The translations under genes and the position numbers were made by a program. From Proteromonas lacertae (lineage: Eukaryota): a stretch of DNA of 57,637 nucleotides. The DNA lies in contig NGBS01000006.1 in the NCBI GenBank assembly GCA_002245135.1, forward strand, positions 62,001 through 119,637, written 5' to 3'. Positions 50,190 to 57,637 of the stretch are shown one piece after another. The first letter of the stretch is position 1. The number at the start of each line of letters is the position of its first letter. The notes under the pieces are model-generated. The model was not told the origin of the DNA. It made no database searches and saw nothing but the letters and a program-made list of their open reading frames with translations.

Positions 50190-53100
50190 ATGTATCCCAG
50201 CTATCCTCCTTGGTTTAATCCGTGGTATTACCAGTCTCCAAGTACTTCTATGCCTATTCAAGGCAATAGTCAAGCAAATCAGATTCCAATGTTGCCACAA
50301 AGTTATTTTAATCCCTGGATGAACCCTTATTTTACTCCAGCTATCCCACCACCACCACCATCCTATTACTATCCTCCACCATATTATGTAGGATCATTAA
50401 ATCAACATCCACAACAACCTCAGCAGCAGCAGCAACAACAACAACAACAATCAAACACTACTAGAAGTACTAATGGAACTAGTTTCATAACACCAAGAAG
50501 AAGAACAACATCTTCAATTGTAATTGATCAACCACCTCCTCCACCTCCAAAAATACAGCGATTAGCAGAAATCCCAGATGATTTATTGCCAGATACACCT
50601 CCTCCTGAAGATCCACCAACACTTTCACCAATTAATGATGGACCAATTCCTGAAATACATCCTCAATCAACTACAGATGTTGAAAGAAGAAGGCAGCTAC
50701 AGGAAGAAATGATTGCTCTGGATGTTGTTGATAATCATCCAGAGCAGTTGAAAACAATGTCACATCCTGAAAGAGTAAGTTTGTTACAACTTGTAGAGAG
50801 AAGCAGTAGAGACTACGAACGTACCTACGAGAAGATTATAAATGAAGAAGATGGAAAGAAACCTGAGGATTTGTTTACCCAAATCTGCAATGCATCAAGT
50901 GATTTTATGGTTACCATACGTAACTACATAAATGAGAAGAAATTTTCTTATATAAAAGTGTATTTCAGATTCAGAGTAGGTTATATAGGATCCGATGAAC
51001 CAGCCAATGCACAAGTAAGTTGTTACAAAACATTCGAAACAGCGCCAGAAATTATAACTTCTCAAGAGTTAGGTACAATTGGTTCAAAGTTAAACAATGC
51101 CATGATTCGAGATTTAGGTTCAATTTTCAACACTGAAAGATCTGAACTAAAGTTCAGATATATTAAGAAGGTAGAGATGATACTGATGAAAAGTTCAATG
51201 GCTGCTGGATCCTCTACAGAAGATGACAACATAAAGTTACCAGCAAGTCTCAACAATAGAAAGTGCGTTATTAATTTAGTAAGATATAGTGAAGAATGTA
51301 AGAATATGTGCTTTTTATTTAGTGTGGCAGCTGGTTTACACTATATAGAGTTCAAAGACCACCGTAACAGAGCAATGAAATATAAACAGTATGTAGACTT
51401 AATGGATGTAAGTAGTTTAAGGTTTCCAGTAGATGCAATTAATGATAGTGACAGAATTGATGAGTTTGAACAGCTGAATCATATTACTATCAATATATTT
51501 ACAATAGACCAGAATGAACCAATACCTTTATACGTTACCAACATAGATAAAAGAAAACACTGGCCTCATGTGAACCTATTGATATATAAAGATCATTATA
51601 TGGTAATAACAAAGTTAGAAGCCTTCCTATCACCTTCTGGTAAAAGGTGTCATAATTATTATACCAGATGCCAGTATTGTTTCTGTACTTTATCAACAGC
51701 TGATATGATAATTCAACATCAGAAAGAGAACTGTCAATTACAAAAAGGAATCATTCGTCAATTTCCACCTCCAGATACCTTCATCAAGTTTCATAATTTC
51801 AAATACCAACAAATGATTCCTGTAGTATTATACTGGGATACAGAAGTTATACAAGTACCAATAGATCCTTCTGAAGTAATACCTGGAGCCAAAGGAGCGT
51901 TTAAAAAACATATTCTCAGCAGTTGGTGCATTCACTTAAGTTCCAGGTACCCTGAAATCATCAGCGAAGAAACATTCTTCGGAAAACTGGAATTGCAGCA
52001 AGATCCACAAGATTTGGAGATGCAACTAGTAAAGAAGTTTGTTGAGATTCAAGATTATGTATTGAAGAAGTATGAAGATTATAAAAGTGGTGAATTGAAA
52101 CCATTAGATGAAAGCACTTATATTCCAGCTCATAAAAATATCGATAAATGTATGTGGTGCAATACACCCTTCAATGAAAACGACAGAAATAGAAGGCGAA
52201 CAAGACACCATGACCATTTTACTGGTAAGTATATTGCAACCTTATGTTCAAACTGTAATTGGCATTGTAGTTTACAACATATGCCTATACCATGTTTGGC
52301 ACACAACAGTAAAAACTATGACAATAACTTTATAATACGCGGATTATCAAAGTTGGATAAAGAAATGGAAGCAAAATGGTACAATGATAATAATATTCCT
52401 ATTCCAAATGATGATGATGATGATGATGAAGATAATGAAATTATACAATTACCAATACCTGAACCTGAACCTGAACCAATTGCTGATAGATTAGCTGAAT
52501 ACAATAGAGGTATTGAAGAAGAAAAGAAACAAGAACAAGAAGCAAAAACAGTTGATAATGATGAAGAAGATGCAGAAACAGAAGAAGATACTGATTCTGA
52601 TTTGCCATTACCAGAAATACCACCAAATGCAATTGAAATAGTTGATGAGAATGATCCAGCAAATGAAGAAGCATTTAATGAGTTGTATTACATGTTACAT
52701 AGTAGAGATCATTACATATCACCAAGAACAGCAGAAGATATTGGATTAGAAGAAGAGATGGGAAATATTATTGTTTCACAACCTAATTCAACAACAACTG
52801 AACAACAACAACAACAACAACCAACACCAAGAAAGAAGAAATATCATTCAAAACTATCTGTATTGTTAAAAACTGATAATAAGTTTTTACTTATCAAGTT
52901 CATGAAGTTACACTTTATAGATAGTTGTCAATTTATGCCAGCATCATTAGATTCATTAGTAAAGTCATTGAAAGTCGAAGCTGATGCACATGCTAATCAT
53001 AAAGTACTCTTTAAACCAGTTTATCAATATGTAACACAAACAAAAGAGATAAATGATTGTTTAAAAGAGAGAAACTGGACAGTGGATGATTTTATAGCTA

Positions 53101-55077
53101 AGTGGGGTTTACAGAAAGGTCATTTCCCCTACGAATACGTAGATAGTATTCAAAAGTTATACCTTACTGATAAATTACCTAGAAAAGAAGATTTTAAGTC
53201 TCAATTAAAACAGAATGAAGGTATATCTGATTATGATTATGAATCATCTCAAGCTCTCTGGACTCTATTGAAATGTAAAAACTTGATGGATTACAATATG
53301 TTCTATTTAGCAATTGATGTTCTTACATTATCTAGTGTATTTGATCACTTTAGGAATGTTGTATTTAGAACGTTTACATTAGATCCATGCTGGCATGTAT
53401 CATGTCCTGGATTAGCCTGGAGTATATTCCTTAAAAAATCCAAAGTGGATATAGAACTAATATCAGATCAAGACAAGTATGACTTTATGAGAAAAGGTCT
53501 TATTGGTGGAATTTCAATGATTGGATCTACGAGAAAAGCAGAAGCTAAAAATCATTACATGGATCCTCCATACTTTTCAGATCATACTTCTCATCCACCA
53601 AAACAAGAAACATATATTATGTATGTAGATTATAATTCTCTATATCCTTCTACAATGGCATCAATGAAATTACCCTATAAAGACTTTCAATGGGAACCAA
53701 ATCCTCAATTAATTTATGATAATGTTATAACAAAATTAAAACCTTATGAGGATTTAAAAAGATCATTTATGGTAGAAGATCAGAAGCTGTGGAAGGATCC
53801 AGAGAGCAGAGGTTATATATTAGAAGTTGATATAGAACCTCCAGATAATACAAATGGCAAGTTCTCAGAGTATCCTTTGTTTCCTGAACGAAAGATAATA
53901 TTATATGAAGATTTGTCACCAACACAGAAGCAATGGGCCAGAGAATTAGGATTAGTAGCTGTCAACAAAAAGTCTGGCAAAGAAGTATTGAAGAATAATA
54001 CAGCAAGAATAATATGTGATTTATCCAACAAGTATCATTATGTTGTTCATTATCAATATCTAAACTATGCTGTGAAGTTAGGATATAAAGTAACCAAAGT
54101 ATGGAGAGTAATTAGTTTTTGTGAAACAGATTATGCGTATGAATTTGTTATGCAATGCCATCTATTAAGAAAAGATGCAAAGAAGTTCCATCGAGATGCA
54201 GAAGCTGATACGTTTAAACTAATCCTGAATAGTGCATATGGTAAGACATGTGAGAATACTGAGAATAGATGTAGAAGTAGACTAGTTAATAATGAGGACC
54301 AATTCCTCAAATGTGTTAGCAATCCATACTTTACTGGTTTTGTTTCAATTGATGGTTGTGACTTGAGAGTGTGTAAGTTTAAAAAATACAAGTGTGCAAT
54401 AGATAAGCCAAGCTATATTGGAATGTCCATTCTTTGCCAATCAAAGTATCTTATGGCAAAGTTTTGGTATGGACAATTATATCAAAAGTATAAACAAGGA
54501 TTGCGTTTATTAATGACAGATACAGACTCTTTTATCTTTATGGTATGGACAGATGATATATACAAAGATATTGCTAATGATTTAAGTCTACAAGGTTGCA
54601 TGGATACTGGTAATATTAATTGTGATTATCTTAAAGAGAGAGGTATTCGTTATCAGAACTATCAAAGAACAGGTGAACTGAATTTACTTAAAATGGAAGA
54701 GAACAAAAGTGATCAATTATATACAATAACAAAATTCTGTGGATTGAAAGCAAAGATGTATGCTTATGAGAAGCAAAGAGTGGATGGATTTACGCATTTA
54801 AAGGTGTCTGATAGCAGAGCAAAAGGCGTAACTAAAGGTTTCAGAATAAAGACTTGTGACTATGATTACTACAAGAATATCTTAGAAAGTAAAGAACTAA
54901 GTAAAGTTTATGTTAATCAATATAGTTTCAGAAGTGCAAAACAAGTAGTATACACAGTTAAACAACCAAAGTTAGCTTTTACAATCTTTGATATAAAGAG
55001 ATTTTACTTGAATGTTTTAACTTCAATTCCTTATACTATAAGTCGCCCACCACCACCAATGTTTACAGATATTGTCG

Positions 55078-55113
<36 letters not shown>

Positions 55114-55145
55114 TTATTAATATTGATGAAAATAGCATTAATTAG
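50190..55145 (+). CDS. Protein-primed family B DNA polymerase (pPolB) with putative terminal protein, vOTU-like and HNH/Endonuclease VII domains
   Basis: ExoI WDTE, ExoII HNSKNYD, ExoIII YLAIDV; Pol A YVDYNSLYP, B KLILNSAYGK, C TDTDS, KAKMY, AKGV; HNH CMWC..HHDHFTGKYIATLCSNCN. Confidence 0.95.
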
Positions 55146-55204
55146 AATAAAATGGATATATTCAATATATTTGTGTATGCTTTTACTTTTGTGTTTTTCT
55201 TCTT

Positions 55205-56496
55205 ATGCTTACTAATTCTTATTATAATCAGCCTTACACTAAGTCAAATACAAATGCAACTCAAGAACTACCACCAGGATATAAGTTTGTTGATCAAACA
55301 AACCAATCAAACCTTACGAGCAATTTTAACAATGCACCACCGCCATTACAGAATTTTACAAGAGCGGATCCGTATGATGATGATGAAATGTCAAGACAAA
55401 TCGAGCAGTATAGAGAATATTTAGATAGACTTTATGAACAGTATTATTATTTAAGTGAAAAACAGTTTATTAAATTAACTCAAGAAGCTATTGGAAAGAA
55501 TGAAGTTCCACCTCCTTATGATGTTGTTAGAGAGTATCTTAGACGTAAACCAGGTCGTCAAGTAGTTGATTTCAAGTACAATAAAGATTTACCTTTTGCA
55601 ACTGTTAAGAAACCAGGCTATTTTCAATTAGATATTGTCTTTTTCTTACCTCAATTATATCATTTATATATAATAGAAATAAACTCTAGAAAAGTATGGG
55701 TGATACCAATGTCAAGCAATAATGCTGTAGATATAATGAGAGCTTTTAATGCATGGTATTTTAAAACAAATGAAGATGGTTCTGAAATAGTATCAAAAAG
55801 ACGTGTTGTAAGTATTTTAGCTGATTTAGAAAGTGGTTTTAGTGTAGTTAAAGAGTTCTGTGATAAGGAAGGAATAACATTCTATCAAAAGCACCTAATG
55901 AACATAGAATAGAAGCTATATTAGATAAATCGGTAAGTGTAATAAAGAAACTATTATATAAACACTTGATAGACTTAGGAATAGAAGCACCAGAGTTTCA
56001 AGCTAATATTGATCGACGGGACAGAAGAGAAATCATCGATCAAAAGTGGTTAGCACGTTTCAATGATATTGTACAACAAGCTGTGAATGACTATAACAAC
56101 AAACCATTATCAAGTTTGAGAGATTTTACACCTAATGAAGTATACAATAGTCCTAAACTACAAAACAGAATGTTAATGGAATCAATCAAATACAATTTTA
56201 ATAATGAACAAAGATTAAAAGTTCATTTTCAAGTAGGAGATTTAGTTCGATTTAAAGAGAGAAGAAGACCTATGGATAAAAACACTTATTGGTCAGATAA
56301 GATATATCGTATTATAAAGAAGAACAGATACTCTTATATGTTAGGAGATACAAATGGAAATTGGGATGAAGATGTGTCTCGATATAGGTTTAAGCACTAT
56401 GAACTTCAATTAGTAGCTAGAAGGGATCCTGAAACAAATTTCAGACATATTTTGGAAAGACCTCGAATCAGAAAAGGTGATAATACAATTGTGTAA
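55205..56496 (+). CDS. Retroviral-like (rve) integrase with C-terminal SH3-like domain, split by a -1 frameshift at ~55890
   Basis: FQLDIVF..YIIEINSRKVWV, ILADLESGF; in the -1 frame APNEHRIEAILDKSVSVIKK continues into ORF 55966 (YNNKPLSSLRDFTPNE; FQVGDLVRF..WSDKIYRI). Confidence 0.88.
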
Positions 56497-56589
56497 TTAA
56501 TTAATTAATTTTAAGCTGTTCTAACAACCAAGCAACATCATAGCTATTAACTTGTTTTCTGGGTGGAGCAACAATTGTCTTTGCATTAA

Positions 56590-56936
56590 TTACTTTTTGA
56601 TTCTTCTCTGTTTTTGTTTGACCTCTTGCAAGATACAACACATTGTGTAATAAAACTCCTTATCAATTGTAGATACAATAATTGGTTTGTATCTTGATGG
56701 AATGAAGATCTCGTAAAATCCATGGTTGGGAATAGGTGAAATTGTAGGACAACCAACGCTATATCTATCTTCTACAGCCTGGCCATAATTTATTACCAAA
56801 GGTGCTTTGATATTTGATGATGAGAACCATATTATATCTTTAGCTTCTTTTGGAATATATATCTTCCATCTACACTCGTCATATACTTCTCGAATCCAAA
56901 AATAGTTTGGTCACCATGGCTAAAACAATACTTCAT
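56590..56936 (-). CDS. Hypothetical element protein (~115 aa), needs one added T near 56900
   Basis: The frame of ORF 56590-56799 stays open upstream to ~56910 (WIREVYDECRWKIYIPKE). The ATG at 56936 joins it if the T5 run is T6. Confidence 0.4.
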
Positions 56937-56960
56937 GAATTCTTAAAAAATGTAACGAAA

Positions 56961-57294
56961 ATGCCAAAGATCGCGAAACGAATAAATTCGTATTTCTTTT
57001 ATTTTTCGTTTATATAGGTATCAAATAACAATGGAAATGATGTTAAAAGAAAATGCAGAAGCAGCATTTGACATGTGGTTCGAATTATGCAGCACATATA
57101 TCAATCACAAAGATGATGGTAGTTTGGAGTACCAAAACGCATTAAAGAAAGCAGGGAATATAATAGTAACTTGTAAGAAGCTCAATGAAGCATACAATTT
57201 AGGTTTGGATGAACAAGTGCTTGAATTGATGAATCGTTTAGAGAGTAAGAGATTAGCTACACAGTGTCTTAAAGAAGAGTTAGAAAAGCAATAG
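56961..57294 (+). CDS. Hypothetical element protein with a 28-nt intron
   Basis: ATG 56961 MPKIAKRINS joins ORF 57031 in frame after removing GTATTT..TATAG (56990-57017). Confidence 0.6.
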
Positions 57295-57371
57295 AAGAAG
57301 TAATGCCTATACTAAATATTTTTAAAACCTCATAAAGATTAGATAATAATAATAATTAATTAATTTTTTTT

Positions 57372-57637
57372 TTATACTATTCCAAACTCTTTTTTCATCA
57401 TTGCTACTCTTTTCTCACCTACCACTGTATTAAATCTGTAGCCTGCTTGAATGTTCTTTTTCTATTTAATATATCGTTCAAAAAATTGATTGCGAAAAAA
57501 CCACAATTACTTGTATTACTATTCTGGTTTTGAACTGCATTGATTTTTAACTGATATGGTTTTTCATGAAATTTCTTGAACTTTTTCAAACATTCTTTGA
57601 AATATTCTAGTTTCTGAGGATCCTCACCGAAAGAATC
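57372..57637 (-). CDS. Adenain/Ulp1-type cysteine protease (Polinton maturation protease), C-terminal part; not in the ORF track
   Basis: Manual translation from the window end: DSFGEDPQK..QNQNSNTSNCGFFAINFL (catalytic D, oxyanion Q and C). Stop at 57419, or at 57372 if a 1-nt deletion is corrected. Confidence 0.85.

Larger units (their letters stand above)
48959..57637. mobile_element. Endogenous Polinton/Maverick-like virus, left part; continues beyond the window
   Basis: Protein-primed PolB, rve integrase and adenain-type protease clustered together, preceded by a ~600-nt repeat-rich non-coding region. The left boundary is inferred. Confidence 0.9.

Noticed and set aside
52340..52860. Intein or intron in PolB
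   Set aside because: No C/S..HN-C/S/T ends or LAGLIDADG motifs; low-complexity acidic sequence in an open frame.
3536..54391. Many short antisense or alternate-frame ORFs rich in H/L/I/Y/S (e.g. 25719-26135, 29508-29786, 41131-41598, 52316-52504)
   Set aside because: They are shadows of real genes on the other strand or frame, caused by GAT/GAA/AAT codon bias.
1..57637. Poly(A)-created stop codons with a TGTTTGTT signal, as known in Blastocystis
   Set aside because: Every complete gene I reconstructed has a genomic stop. Downstream GT-rich tracts exist, but I found no convincing stop-less gene.
1..57637. Alternative genetic code or stop readthrough to explain fragmented ORFs
   Set aside because: The breaks are explained by short GT..AG introns or single indels, and long ORFs translate normally.
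1..57637. tRNA or rRNA genes
   Set aside because: No cloverleaf or rRNA-like segment recognised by eye; a covariance search was not possible.

Overview
AT-rich, gene-dense eukaryotic DNA with many very short (~27-35 nt) GT(A)...TAG introns. This intron style, the protein families and the 'RRL' motifs suggest a Blastocystis-like stramenopile (inference, not shown). 1-32.4 kb is host genes: PH-TBC RabGAP, multi-RRM protein, pseudokinase, PDZ-QLQ-CHD remodeller, mastigoneme/SIG-like EGF protein, FN3/EF-hand protein, stand-alone voltage-sensor-like protein, divergent B56, PTEN, two MFS transporters, SPCS3 and UBC13. 32.5-48.9 kb is an inverted duplication. Its near-identical 3.55 kb arms each carry a ZIP4/TEX11-like gene plus the promoter and signal peptide of a surface protein. 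The arms continue inward as two mosaic, divergent N-terminal cassettes, and only one cassette is joined to a polycystin-1-like REJ-EGF-TSP1-GPS body, which contains a nested tetraspanin-like module. From ~48.96 kb to the window end is the left part of an endogenous Polinton/Maverick-type virus: protein-primed PolB with vOTU and HNH domains, rve integrase and adenain-type protease. It has a candidate terminus reading CATCATCAATA, subterminal hairpins, twin palindromes and host-style micro-introns. All assignments are by eye from motifs; no searches were run, and spliced gene ends are manual reconstructions.
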